DNA from: an uncultured virus (IMG/VR IMGVR_UViG_3300030389_002306)
Lineage: Duplodnaviria > Heunggongvirae > Uroviricota > Caudoviricetes
Strand: one strand, 5' to 3'
Virus record (IMG/VR): IMGVR_UViG_3300030389_002306
Coordinates: 1-64,000 of that record
DNA: 64,000 bases
The notes under the pieces are model-generated. The model saw only the letters and a program-made list of their open reading frames with translations, did not search any database and was not told the origin of the DNA. A program made the translations under genes and the position numbers. Below, piece after piece: positions 1-9,098 of this stretch; the first letter of the stretch is position 1; each line of letters opens with the position of its first letter.

Positions 1-714
1 ATGGGTAAGACTAGTTTAGCTCTCAATCTTGCATATAATGCAGTTGAGATAGCTGATTGTGCTGCACTTATATTCTCTTACGAGATGTCAGTCAATCAAC
101 TATTAACTAGACTTGTATCACTTGAATCAGAAATACCAATTCGTTGGATACAGAATGGTAAACTTGGCGCTGAAGATTTGTTGCGTATACAACAAACAGC
201 TAGCAATATACAAGAAAAAGCCATCTACATAGATGAATGCAAACGCACATCTTTGAACTACTTATTATCTAAAACTAGACAATATGTACATAGCTGCGGT
301 GTTAAGCTTGTGTTTGTTGACTACCTACAGCTTGTCACGGCAAGCGCAGGAGCCAAAGGAACACGAGAACAAGAAGTCTCGAAAGTGGCTAGGGCGCTCA
401 AAAACCTAGCTAAAGAATTAAACATTACTATTGTTGCATTATCGCAACTTAATCGTGGTGTTGGATTCAGAGCTGAGAGCAAACCGACACTATCGGACCT
501 GAGAGAATCAGGCGAGATAGAACAAGCTGCAGATGTTGTTGCCTTGATATATAGACCAGAGTATTATGGTATTAATCAAGACGAGAACGGTGAATCTACT
601 GCAGGTAAAGCTCAAATCATTTTTGCGAAAGGTCGCAACATTGGTGTGGGTACAGTTACACTTAATTTTATTAGTGAATTGACAAAATTCAAGGATAATT
701 CCTTAGATTTTTAG
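1..714 (+). CDS. dnaB: Replicative DnaB-family helicase, C-terminal part (5' truncated by window)
   Basis: Walker A remnant GKTS, FSYEMS, VFVDYLQL, ALSQLNR, LSDLRESGEIEQAADVV, KGRN. Confidence 0.95.
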   Translation: MGKTSLALNLAYNAVEIADCAALIFSYEMSVNQLLTRLVSLESEIPIRWIQNGKLGAEDLLRIQQTASNIQEKAIYIDECKRTSLNYLLSKTRQYVHSCGVKLVFVDYLQLVTASAGAKGTREQEVSKVARALKNLAKELNITIVALSQLNRGVGFRAESKPTLSDLRESGEIEQAADVVALIYRPEYYGINQDENGESTAGKAQIIFAKGRNIGVGTVTLNFISELTKFKDNSLDF

Positions 715-737
715 ACTGATTTTTTGTATTTTTACTT

Positions 738-971
738 ATGTCAGATCACACAAAACTAAGAAGAATTATATCTGAAATTGCACATGATTTAGGTCTAGAC
801 AAGAAACTTGTTAGGCGTATAATCATTACTGTCTTTAGAGAGATTGGCTTTGCCATTGTTCTTAGAGGCAAACCTGTAATGTTTCGGAAGTTCTTAAAAA
901 TTGTATTTGCAATACGTGCTGGTAAAAAAGCGCACGAAATGTTTAATAAATATGAAACACGAAAGAAATGA
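738..971 (+). CDS. HU/IHF-like small DNA-binding protein
   Basis: 77 aa basic protein; IISEIAHDLGLDKKLVRRII...GKPVMFRKFLKI matches the HU helix/strand pattern. Confidence 0.6.
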   Translation: MSDHTKLRRIISEIAHDLGLDKKLVRRIIITVFREIGFAIVLRGKPVMFRKFLKIVFAIRAGKKAHEMFNKYETRKK

Positions 972-1471
972 GTAAATTAAAAACAGTTAACATCAAAGGT
1001 AAGGAATACGTTGAAGTTAACGAAAGACTAAAACACTTTAGAGAAAACTATAAGAACTGGTGTCTTACATCAGATGTTGTAGAACTTACAGATGATCGTT
1101 GCGTAATCAAAGCTACAATCTTTGACGACAACGGAAACATACGCGCCACAGGGCATGCGTATGAAAAAGAAGGCTCGTCCTTTATAAACAAAACAAGTTT
1201 TGTAGAAAACTGTGAAACATCTGCTTGGGGCCGTGCTCTTGGTAATCTTGGTATTGGTTTAGATACATCAGTTGCTTCTTATGAAGAGGTGGCTAATGCT
1301 ATCAAACAACAATCCAAACCAGCGGCTAAACCAAAGCTTGATGAAGATAAGTTTAACAATATGCTAAAAGCTATTGAAGCTGGTCAAGCTGACGCAGTTA
1401 GGGCTAAAATGCCTAACTACGAAATAGAAGATTATCAAATGAATGTATTAAAACAAAAATTAAATGGTTAA
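968..1471 (+). CDS. Sak/Rad52-like single-strand annealing protein
   Basis: IKGKEYVEVNERL and ENCETSAWGRALGNLGIG motifs; lies next to an SSB-like gene. Confidence 0.7.
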   Translation: MSKLKTVNIKGKEYVEVNERLKHFRENYKNWCLTSDVVELTDDRCVIKATIFDDNGNIRATGHAYEKEGSSFINKTSFVENCETSAWGRALGNLGIGLDTSVASYEEVANAIKQQSKPAAKPKLDEDKFNNMLKAIEAGQADAVRAKMPNYEIEDYQMNVLKQKLNG

Positions 1472-2039
1472 TGTAGTTCCTTTTGACTTGGCTAGCTGCC
1501 AGGTTAAACCTACCAAAGTGGTAGAAAACAAAAAGTATTTCAATGAAGGCGCACACAGATGTCAAGTACTATCTGTGTCTAACTCATCACAACGTGATGG
1601 TTATGGTGGCGCACCTTATATTGAATTTGACGTTGTAAACGAAACAGGTGAATACGGCAGGGCTAAGTTCTGGGCTGTAAGAGAATCTGATGCACCTAAA
1701 TCTGCTGAATGGAAGAAAAATACACTACACGAGTTTTTAACAAACTGTGGTGTAAAAGATTTTTCTAATGACATTGAGTCAATAAAGAAAGCAGTAGGCG
1801 CTTGGGTAAACATATGCTTTACATTTGAAGAGTATATGACATTAAGAGATGGTACACCAATGAAACGAAAAGCCGTAAGGTATCGTTGGTCAAGCGCTGA
1901 TGGTAAGAAGATTAAGTATGATGCAAAGTACAATAAACCTTTGTCTCCACAAGATGAGCAAGAGTTTATAGACTCGCATTCATTAAGCGGTGGCTCTACA
2001 TCAGTATTGAGTCAAGAAGACGATCAGTTACCATTTTAA
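1464..2039 (+). CDS. Phage ssDNA-binding protein-like
   Basis: Acidic C-terminal tail EDDQLPF; follows the annealing protein. Confidence 0.6.
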   Translation: MVNVVPFDLASCQVKPTKVVENKKYFNEGAHRCQVLSVSNSSQRDGYGGAPYIEFDVVNETGEYGRAKFWAVRESDAPKSAEWKKNTLHEFLTNCGVKDFSNDIESIKKAVGAWVNICFTFEEYMTLRDGTPMKRKAVRYRWSSADGKKIKYDAKYNKPLSPQDEQEFIDSHSLSGGSTSVLSQEDDQLPF

Positions 2040-2048
2040 ATAATTTTG

Positions 2049-2056
2049 TAGTTTTG
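2049..2056 (+). promoter_or_regulatory. Bacteroidota housekeeping -7 promoter element (TAGTTTTG)
   Basis: Matches TAnnTTTG in the intergenic gap before the ATG at 2075. Confidence 0.5.
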
Positions 2057-2074
2057 TAGTCAAACTATAAAACT

Positions 2075-2458
2075 ATGATATTCATAGCAGGGAATGTGCC
2101 TTCAAGCAAAAATTCAAAACGTTGGACTGGTAAAATGCTTATCAATTCAAAGACTGTTATGAAATATATTAAAGATACTGATAAACAGTATAAACGCTTC
2201 AAAATGGATTTTCAGGGAATGATGAGAGGAATGGATTATCCAATCATTGTTTCCTTTAAATTCATTAGAGGCACAAAACATCGTTTTGATTACATTAATC
2301 CTGCACAAACTGTACAAGATTTGATGGTAAAAAATGAATGGATTGAAGACGATAATATGAATTTTATAATACCACATTTCGAACCGTATGAATACGATAA
2401 AGAAAATCCTGGTGTTGAAATAAAAGTTTATGATAAATCTGAAAGATTTTTTAAATAG
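2075..2458 (+). CDS. RusA-like Holliday junction resolvase
   Basis: GNVPSSKNS, RFDYINPAQTVQDLMV...IEDDN, DKENPGVEI pattern. Confidence 0.75.
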   Translation: MIFIAGNVPSSKNSKRWTGKMLINSKTVMKYIKDTDKQYKRFKMDFQGMMRGMDYPIIVSFKFIRGTKHRFDYINPAQTVQDLMVKNEWIEDDNMNFIIPHFEPYEYDKENPGVEIKVYDKSERFFK

Positions 2459-2816
2459 CTATGTTATTGCAAATAATATAAATCGTGATGAATTTATATC
2501 TTCTAGTAGAAAAAGAGAGATAGTAGATTCAAGAATGATATATTTTGCAGTTGCAAGAAATTTAGGTGGATATACATTATCAGAACTTGGTAAAAGTGTA
2601 AATAGAGATCACGCTACAGTTATGTATGCAATAAGAAACTATGATCACTTATCATCATATGATGAAAGTATGAAACATAAATACTATAAAGCTTCTATAA
2701 TATTTAGAACTTTAGAATACAAACCAAAAGCAGAACGCATAGGTTTGATAGATACTTTGTTTGAATCTAATAGAAAGTTAAGACAAAGAATAGCAGAATT
2801 AGAAGAACTAAATTAA
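2430..2816 (+). CDS. Standalone DnaA C-terminal (domain IV)-like HTH protein
   Basis: SSSRKREIVDSR...TLSELGKSVNRDHATVMYA resembles the DnaA domain IV signature RDHTTV. Confidence 0.75.
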   Translation: MINLKDFLNSYVIANNINRDEFISSSRKREIVDSRMIYFAVARNLGGYTLSELGKSVNRDHATVMYAIRNYDHLSSYDESMKHKYYKASIIFRTLEYKPKAERIGLIDTLFESNRKLRQRIAELEELN

Positions 2817-2821
2817 TTAAT

Positions 2822-3151
2822 ATGACTGTAAAAACAAAAACAAAAAAGAAGGTAACTATTGATGGTAAAGAACAGAAAGTAGATTTGAATGTATATAAAG
2901 TTATGCAAAATCTAACTGATGCTTTACGTTCACACGAAGTAGCGTTGCTTACTTGGGTACATAAAATGTACAATACTAAGAAACGTCACAACGAAGATGA
3001 AAAAGGCTTGTATAAGTATTGTATGACAATACCTGGTGCAAGTGATATATTAAATAGAATGACATTAATAGATGAAGAAAATGCAAAGAAAGGACTTGAT
3101 GCAAGCTCAGATACGCTCGGAGATGCAGAGAGTGACGGAACTGTTAATTAA
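2822..3151 (+). CDS. Hypothetical protein
   Basis: ORF in the co-oriented operon, AT-rich leader. Confidence 0.55.
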   Translation: MTVKTKTKKKVTIDGKEQKVDLNVYKVMQNLTDALRSHEVALLTWVHKMYNTKKRHNEDEKGLYKYCMTIPGASDILNRMTLIDEENAKKGLDASSDTLGDAESDGTVN

Positions 3152-3371
3152 CAAAAACAATTCCTACGGTAACTCAGCTACCGAACCTGCAAACATTTTT
3201 TCTAAAGGAAATGCTGTAGAAAGTATTTGTGCTAGAATAGATGATAAAATTATGCGTATAGCCAATAAAGGCATAAACGAAAACACATTTGATACTATTG
3301 ATGATTTAATAGGATACTTAGTATTGTTAAGAATTGCATGGTATGATAAAGAAATTAACGAAGATAAATAA
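3072..3371 (+). CDS. DUF1599 / nucleotide-modification-associated domain 1-like protein
   Basis: KNNSYGNS...RIDDKIMRI...DTIDDLIGYLVL pattern. Confidence 0.7.
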   Translation: MKKMQRKDLMQAQIRSEMQRVTELLINKNNSYGNSATEPANIFSKGNAVESICARIDDKIMRIANKGINENTFDTIDDLIGYLVLLRIAWYDKEINEDK

Positions 3372-3372
3372 T

Positions 3373-3380
3373 TATCTTTG
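3373..3380 (+). promoter_or_regulatory. -7 promoter element (TATCTTTG)
   Basis: TAnnTTTG directly after the stop at 3371. Confidence 0.5.
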
Positions 3381-3474
3381 TAATACTTTTCGGACGTTCT
3401 GTCCATGTGTTTTCATAGTTTTGTTGATTGTCAAGGTCCCAGGTAGTTCTGGGATTTTGACATCACATACGATT

Positions 3475-3810
3475 ATGGAAGAAATTGAATACTGGCAAAT
3501 AGACAAGATAGAATCAATGTTAGAGCTTTGTCCTTATGACGAGCAAACAAAGATTGATATCTTGAACAACCTACCTGAAACAAAGGAAGAAGCTTATGAG
3601 CTACTAGGTAAATTATGGTTTGATCATATACCTAGAGATCCGCGTGATCAATTAAGCAAAATGCTGAGAATGAACACATTGATACAAACCGACTATAAAT
3701 ATTATTATATTTGTAATGACTGTGGTGAAGATTTTTATTCTAACAATAAAGAATCTTTATGTACAGAATGTTTGAGTACTAACATAATAGATAAATCAGA
3801 TGAGACCTAA
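3475..3810 (+). CDS. Hypothetical protein with C-terminal zinc ribbon
   Basis: CNDC...CTEC; likely start MEEIEYW at 3475. Confidence 0.6.
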   Translation: MEEIEYWQIDKIESMLELCPYDEQTKIDILNNLPETKEEAYELLGKLWFDHIPRDPRDQLSKMLRMNTLIQTDYKYYYICNDCGEDFYSNNKESLCTECLSTNIIDKSDET

Positions 3811-4000
3811 AGATTATAAATATGAAGCAATAAAAAAATTGCAATCATTAGTATATAATTTAGAAAATTCAAAACAAGACTATCGTCTTGAAGATTTGAA
3901 ATCATTATTAAAAGAAAGTTTACAAGGATATGATGACTATCTTCAGCTTAAAGAAGATAAAAATTATATACCTAAAACAGTTCGTAAAAGTTATAAATAA
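3800..4000 (+). CDS. Hypothetical protein
   Basis: Overlapping operon ORF. Confidence 0.55.
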   Translation: MRPKDYKYEAIKKLQSLVYNLENSKQDYRLEDLKSLLKESLQGYDDYLQLKEDKNYIPKTVRKSYK

Positions 4001-4092
4001 TGAAAAATAAATTTGATACAGATATGTTTGGATTTGTTATAGGTGCAGTAGGCATTTTAGCAACTACAATATATATGTATTTTACCAACTAA
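4000..4092 (+). CDS. 30-aa membrane peptide (not in the ORF track)
   Basis: MKNKFDTDMFGFVIGAVGILATTIYMYFTN; TAATG coupling; fills the gap exactly. Confidence 0.55.
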   Translation: MKNKFDTDMFGFVIGAVGILATTIYMYFTN

Positions 4093-4094
4093 AC

Positions 4095-4487
4095 ATGAGT
4101 AAAAACACAATTGTATTTGAAGGCGGCATTGACAACATACGCACGCTTGCTGATAATTCTTTGCGCGTAAGTTTGGGTACACCTGAACTAACTCCTGAGA
4201 TTGTAGGCAATATGTATAGTATGTTAAAGCAGCCTGGATACGTAGTTATATCTACGAAACCAATATCACAGCAGCAGATAGACGCTGTTGAAGAAGCAAC
4301 TGTTGATAGAGAGTTTGATAATAAAACACCATCACAAAGATTGCGCAATACACTATATGTACTATGGGAGCAAACGCAGCCAAAGGAAACTTCAGCTGAT
4401 GGAACTACAGTATATGTAGATTTTGATTTGTTTTACAAACGTAAAATGAATGAACTAATTAGATTTATCAAAGACAAATTAGTATGA
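4095..4487 (+). CDS. Conserved-type phage hypothetical protein
   Basis: KTPSQRLRNTLYVLWEQ motif; operon context. Confidence 0.65.
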   Translation: MSKNTIVFEGGIDNIRTLADNSLRVSLGTPELTPEIVGNMYSMLKQPGYVVISTKPISQQQIDAVEEATVDREFDNKTPSQRLRNTLYVLWEQTQPKETSADGTTVYVDFDLFYKRKMNELIRFIKDKLV

Positions 4488-4582
4488 CTTATAAAGGTAA
4501 ACTTATAAGATATAGAAGATGGTTGCAGAAACAATTAAAAAAAGTAGATGCAGCTTTACTATCTATAAATAAAACTAGATAG
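4484..4582 (+). CDS. 32-aa basic peptide, last gene of the + block (not in the ORF track)
   Basis: MTYKGKLIRYRRWLQKQLKKVDAALLSINKTR; ATGA overlap with the previous stop. Confidence 0.45.
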   Translation: MTYKGKLIRYRRWLQKQLKKVDAALLSINKTR

Positions 4583-5861
4583 ATACATTGTAGTTTAGCT
4601 TAGCCTGAACACCATTGTATTTATTCCAAATGAAAGCAGACGCTTTCTTTACATTACCTACATATCCTTTCATGTCGTGCCACTCATCAGTGGCCGACAT
4701 ACTGGATAGGTTCCTTACAGTCAATCCATTTAATTCTTCTACAGCTTGCATCTTATAAGCTTTGTTAGTATGGTAATGTCCTCTATGTACCTCAACGTGT
4801 TTAACTTCACTCCACACATCTCTATATCTTTGCGATACTATTCCAGGTAAATCATTTAATTTAGGTCCATCACCGTGATCATTTATAATTAAACATCTAC
4901 CATAACGATAAGCTTTCATCATAGACATTGAGTTGTCTACAGACACATTTTCATTATTCTCATAATATATTTCTAAAGCATCACCTATATGCATCATAGA
5001 TTCTCTATCGTGGTTGCCAGGTATTACCATAACGTGAACATGACTTATTTCTACGAGCATATTAATACACTCTATCAAAAGCTTTCTACCTGCTCTATAC
5101 ATATCCATATGCTTATCACTATTGAACTGAGGCGTACCTCTTGTAGTAGAAGGTACAGGCCAGTCTCCGTCTGCATTTAAAAAATCATTACCTACAACAA
5201 ATAATATTTCTTCGATATAGAAACCACTAGATCTTTTTATAAGATGCTCTAAAGCATTTAACATTCTGTCTCTTGCTATTTTTATGCTATACTCATCTCC
5301 TTTTATTCCTATCTTACCTATATGTAAATCGCAAGCATTAATTTCTAAAAGATGTGAATCATCTTCTAAAAAACTAGAAGGTCTTATTGCTATACGAGGT
5401 ACAGAATCAAAAAGAGGAACTAAGTCTTCGACCAATTCCTCTCTTATCTTTTGTATATTCATTGTAGGATCTATACGCTTTAACCAAGCTTTAGTTCTAA
5501 ACATTGGTATTGTAATAGGTTTTTTAGCTTTATCAAAACCAGTAACCTCATATGTACCTATATCGTACTTATCTACCTCCCACACATTTAAATCTATACT
5601 ACAAGCTTTTATTAAATCATCTAACGACTTTACTCTTTTGCTATCTTCGCATGTAATAATAGCACCGTCTTTATTTTCTTCAAAATGCGTAGTTTCTTTA
5701 GCATGTTTTGGATTTAAATTTTCTCTTAATTTTCTTGCAATACTGCGAACTCTTTCGTAATTGGTACCAAAAAGTTTAGCGGTATGTGCATATTTTGAAT
5801 TAAGTAATTCAGGATTTGCGATTAAATACTTTCTTATTTTATCGGTAGTAGATTCTTCCAT
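4575..5861 (-). CDS. Calcineurin-like metallophosphoesterase with N-terminal HTH-like region
   Basis: DLHIG, GND, GNHD, HGD, GHYH motifs; likely start MEESTT at 5861. Confidence 0.85.
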   Translation of the reverse strand: MEESTTDKIRKYLIANPELLNSKYAHTAKLFGTNYERVRSIARKLRENLNPKHAKETTHFEENKDGAIITCEDSKRVKSLDDLIKACSIDLNVWEVDKYDIGTYEVTGFDKAKKPITIPMFRTKAWLKRIDPTMNIQKIREELVEDLVPLFDSVPRIAIRPSSFLEDDSHLLEINACDLHIGKIGIKGDEYSIKIARDRMLNALEHLIKRSSGFYIEEILFVVGNDFLNADGDWPVPSTTRGTPQFNSDKHMDMYRAGRKLLIECINMLVEISHVHVMVIPGNHDRESMMHIGDALEIYYENNENVSVDNSMSMMKAYRYGRCLIINDHGDGPKLNDLPGIVSQRYRDVWSEVKHVEVHRGHYHTNKAYKMQAVEELNGLTVRNLSSMSATDEWHDMKGYVGNVKKASAFIWNKYNGVQAKLNYNVSI

Positions 5862-5862
5862 A

Positions 5863-6102
5863 TTAGTCTTCTTTCGGTCCAAAACCATGTTGCGATTTTA
5901 GATCTATTGATTTGACTAACAATTTAGATTTATTTTTCCGTAAATTTATTTTAGATAATGCTTTATTTATTAACACAGGGTTGTTAATAATCTCTTTTAC
6001 ATCATAACATTTAACAAAAATGTCCTTAACTGTGTATGTTCTTTTAGTTTTTGGCATTTCAAATGTCCAATCAGAAAGCCATATAGGTAATTTTTCTTTC
6101 AT
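5863..6102 (-). CDS. Hypothetical protein
   Basis: Tightly packed minus-strand ORF. Confidence 0.55.
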   Translation of the reverse strand: MKEKLPIWLSDWTFEMPKTKRTYTVKDIFVKCYDVKEIINNPVLINKALSKINLRKNKSKLLVKSIDLKSQHGFGPKED

Positions 6103-6746
6103 TACTTCATTACAGTAACATCTAATCTACCAGTGTTATTTGAATTAGTTTTATATACGTAAATATAAAAAGGTTTTTGTATACCAGATTGTAAAATCTG
6201 TGTTGTACCTACTATTTCAGATAAAGACAATTGTTTAGGATTGGCTGGCGCTGTACCTGCTTGCGCTAAAAGCATATTTCTAGCCAAAAATACACTATCT
6301 TTTGCAGAGTCTATTACTTTATTTGGCTCTTTGTTTTTTCCAATTATACTATCTATGTCAATCCTAGATAATAACACATCAAAATTTAAATTTTCTGTAG
6401 TATTACCGTTAACAAACAATATATCTCTTAGCTCACCATCTATTGAACTGTCATATATTTTTATATATGGTCCTTGACTTGTAGTAGTAATATATGGTAT
6501 GTCTCTAAATATACCTAAACCACCCTGTTCTCTTTGTCTTTGTACAGGTGCTGGGGTGCTCTGTGCAATAGTTTGTGTCGCTGCTGGCGCAAATACTTGT
6601 TGTTGTTGTTGTTGTACTACTCTACGAACTTGCTGTGATTCTGGAACATATTGAGGTACCAATTCTGCAAGTTTTCTCTCTCTTTCATCTTTTAGTCTTT
6701 TTATAGCACGATCATAAACTTGTCTATTTTTTTCATATTCTGCCAT
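6102..6746 (-). CDS. Hypothetical protein with poly-Gln linker
   Basis: QQQQQQQ encoded mainly by a CAA run near 6596-6616. Confidence 0.6.
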   Translation of the reverse strand: MAEYEKNRQVYDRAIKRLKDERERKLAELVPQYVPESQQVRRVVQQQQQQVFAPAATQTIAQSTPAPVQRQREQGGLGIFRDIPYITTTSQGPYIKIYDSSIDGELRDILFVNGNTTENLNFDVLLSRIDIDSIIGKNKEPNKVIDSAKDSVFLARNMLLAQAGTAPANPKQLSLSEIVGTTQILQSGIQKPFYIYVYKTNSNNTGRLDVTVMK

Positions 6747-7209
6747 CGAAATCTACATATTCTATCGTTACTTCTTCACCTTGTTCTATAGCTTTAGCAA
6801 TAGAAGGATAGATCCTTTTATACGCATTGACACTTTTACCAACGAAGCCATCAGAGAGAATAAGATTGTTTTCTTGACTGTCTCCAACGATAAGACAACC
6901 AGCAGTATGCTCGTCAGTATTTCCAGTGTGTATAAGAATATATTCAAAACCAGGGACATCAGTAACATGCAACATGCCACGATGTATACCAGGATATTTT
7001 TTACTATATCTATTATGAAACCCACCCTCTTTTCTTAACTCTATTTTATATACCCCTGCAGGTATCCTAGTTTCACCTTTTACTTTTAATACCCTAGCTT
7101 CATCTTCTAGTGTATAACATAAAAAATGCTTTTTTATATCGCTAAGCTCAAAAAGCAGACCGTGTGTACAATCTGCTTGTGAGCTAAATCTTAATACTTG
7201 TAGACGCAT
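6733..7209 (-). CDS. DUF5675-family protein (putative endolysin, L,D-peptidase-like)
   Basis: CYTLED, ETRIPAGVY, ILIHTGNT..HTAGCLIVG motifs. Confidence 0.8.
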   Translation of the reverse strand: MRLQVLRFSSQADCTHGLLFELSDIKKHFLCYTLEDEARVLKVKGETRIPAGVYKIELRKEGGFHNRYSKKYPGIHRGMLHVTDVPGFEYILIHTGNTDEHTAGCLIVGDSQENNLILSDGFVGKSVNAYKRIYPSIAKAIEQGEEVTIEYVDFDGRI

Positions 7210-7637
7210 TAGTCGTCAGTATTGATGCCTGTATCAGGACCATCGCATAATAAAAACTGTACCTTTTGTGCAGCCGTAGTTGCAGCTAAATCTAAATTGT
7301 TTGATGCATCACCTGCTCCATCAACATGGATTGGTGAAAACATAAACTCTCCAGGTTTTAAATCTGCAATAACATCTCCGTCAGGCTTTACAGCTACAGG
7401 ATAATCAGTATCTACATTTTTAATAAATGTAAATAAAGCATCTTTGTGATGTCTTGATAAATTAATAGTTGTATCACTAGTGCCATCTGTAAGTATTTCA
7501 CCACTACTAATTACAGCAGCATCACTTGTATTAGATACTGTTGTAAACGAAGGGCTAAAAGTAAATACAGTTGTACCAGTACTATCTACCAAAGTAAAAG
7601 ATCCAGATACCGTAACATTACTTGCTTGTGTTGCCAT
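7209..7637 (-). CDS. Putative small virion beta-sandwich protein
   Basis: Ser/Thr-rich; FIKNVD...LKPGEF shared with the neighbouring gene. Confidence 0.55.
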   Translation of the reverse strand: MATQASNVTVSGSFTLVDSTGTTVFTFSPSFTTVSNTSDAAVISSGEILTDGTSDTTINLSRHHKDALFTFIKNVDTDYPVAVKPDGDVIADLKPGEFMFSPIHVDGAGDASNNLDLAATTAAQKVQFLLCDGPDTGINTDD

Positions 7638-7655
7638 TTTATATAATAATTAAAG

Positions 7656-8045
7656 TTATGCTGCAGAGTCAATCTCTACTGCAAAATATTCTGCTGTGAC
7701 AGTATTACTTGTACCTCTAGCAGTTGTAGTTCCTGTTCCTCTAATAATTGTAAACAAAAACTCACCTGGCTTTAATACACCTATAACATCATTATCACTA
7801 GATGCACCTTCATAAACTTCTAAAGTACTAGTGTCATCCATATTTCTAACGTATAAAATTCTACCATGTCCAGGTGCTGCCATTATTGTAGCATCAGAAC
7901 CAGTAGCACAATCAATTCTACCTGATGCAATTTGATCTACACCTGTAATATTAATTGTAGTGCTACCACTCATGCTTTGTGAAAAACCAGTAGCAGAATT
8001 TGCTGTCATAGTTAAACTACCATTAAATGTATAATTTTGTGCCAT
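7656..8045 (-). CDS. Putative small virion beta-sandwich protein (paralog of 7209-7637)
   Basis: YVRNMD...LKPGEF. Confidence 0.55.
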   Translation of the reverse strand: MAQNYTFNGSLTMTANSATGFSQSMSGSTTINITGVDQIASGRIDCATGSDATIMAAPGHGRILYVRNMDDTSTLEVYEGASSDNDVIGVLKPGEFLFTIIRGTGTTTARGTSNTVTAEYFAVEIDSAA

Positions 8046-8068
8046 TTTATTTTAAATTTTCTATTTTA

Positions 8069-8076
8069 CAAAAGTA
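8069..8076 (-). promoter_or_regulatory. -7 promoter element (TACTTTTG)
   Basis: TAnnTTTG 23 nt upstream of the ATG at 8045. Confidence 0.5.
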
Positions 8077-8086
8077 ATAAATATAT

Positions 8087-8338
8087 TTAATATCCACTAC
8101 CACTAGGTGACGAAAGTGGTGTAATATTTGAATCTTGTCCAGGACTTACAGGAACTTCTTCAACAAAACCTGCAGAAGCTGTAGAAGCAGCACCATGTGT
8201 TTGTCCACCCATATAGCCAATTTGACCGTTATGCGTGTGTGTATGATAACCTGTTAATCCATTATCTGAAGCATAATTTAAAGCTTCTTGTACTGTAGTG
8301 TATAAAGGTACACCGTCAATTGTTGTTAATACTGGCAT
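8087..8338 (-). CDS. Hypothetical His-rich protein
   Basis: PLYTTVQEA...GYHTHTH...YMGGQTH. Confidence 0.6.
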   Translation of the reverse strand: MPVLTTIDGVPLYTTVQEALNYASDNGLTGYHTHTHNGQIGYMGGQTHGAASTASAGFVEEVPVSPGQDSNITPLSSPSGSGY

Positions 8339-8589
8339 TATAATAATTTTTTAAGTTCTGCACATTTTTCATATTCTTCTATTTCTATAAAATAATTAAT
8401 CATGTTATTAATTATATCATCCCAATAATCATTACTTTGTAATTTATCAGGATCAAAAGAAATATATAACTTTTGACGAGAAGAATTAGACAATAAATCA
8501 TCTATAGTTATATCACCCATAAGAATGTGATAACCATTATTCATTGCTAAATCAAGCTCTTTCATATTTAAATCAATTATGTTGTTCAT
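8338..8589 (-). CDS. Hypothetical protein with UVR-like C-terminal motif
   Basis: IEIEEYEKCAELKK. Confidence 0.55.
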   Translation of the reverse strand: MNNIIDLNMKELDLAMNNGYHILMGDITIDDLLSNSSRQKLYISFDPDKLQSNDYWDDIINNMINYFIEIEEYEKCAELKKLL

Positions 8590-8902
8590 TTAATCTTGAC
8601 ATTCTAGCTCCACAACAACACATATTTTTATCAGCCATTGCACCACGATACCTCATACCGTGTGCAGCTTTTTTCTTTTTATATCTACTTACCCTACCTT
8701 TTTCTCTTTTTTCTTTTGCTGCTCTAGCTCTTTCAGATTTAGAAAGCTCAGACCAAGTAGCTGGTGTGTCTTTACTTATACGTTTTGTTGGACGAAAAGT
8801 ATTTTCACCACCGCTATAATCTTTTTTACCACGAGGCGTACGCCAGTCCTCTTTAAACCAACGCTTTAATCTTAATCCAGCTTTTGTTTTTCTTACAGCC
8901 AT
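8573..8902 (-). CDS. Small basic protein (LKRWFKEDW type), ends QHN
   Basis: Likely start MAVRKT at 8902; K/R-rich. Confidence 0.65.
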   Translation of the reverse strand: MAVRKTKAGLRLKRWFKEDWRTPRGKKDYSGGENTFRPTKRISKDTPATWSELSKSERARAAKEKREKGRVSRYKKKKAAHGMRYRGAMADKNMCCCGARMSRLNEQHN

Positions 8903-8903
8903 A

Positions 8904-9098
8904 TTAATCGTGTTGTGCGTATCTGCCACCAGCACTATACTCTACCTTCATACCGTGTGCAGCTTTCTTTTTCTTTGATTTATTTCCCCAATTAGCAGCT
9001 CCTACTTTACGGCACTTAGCCATCGCGCCACTTCTGTAGGCAGATGTCTTAGGACCATAGCGAGCTACTACTTTATGATAACAAGCGTCTTTAGGCAT
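8904..9098 (-). CDS. Small basic protein, ends QHD
   Basis: KDACYHKV..SAYRSGAMAKCRK. Confidence 0.65.
   Translation of the reverse strand: MPKDACYHKVVARYGPKTSAYRSGAMAKCRKVGAANWGNKSKKKKAAHGMKVEYSAGGRYAQHD

Noticed and set aside
6596..6616. Phase-variable microsatellite
   Set aside because: Trinucleotide run coding poly-Gln; slippage would keep the frame
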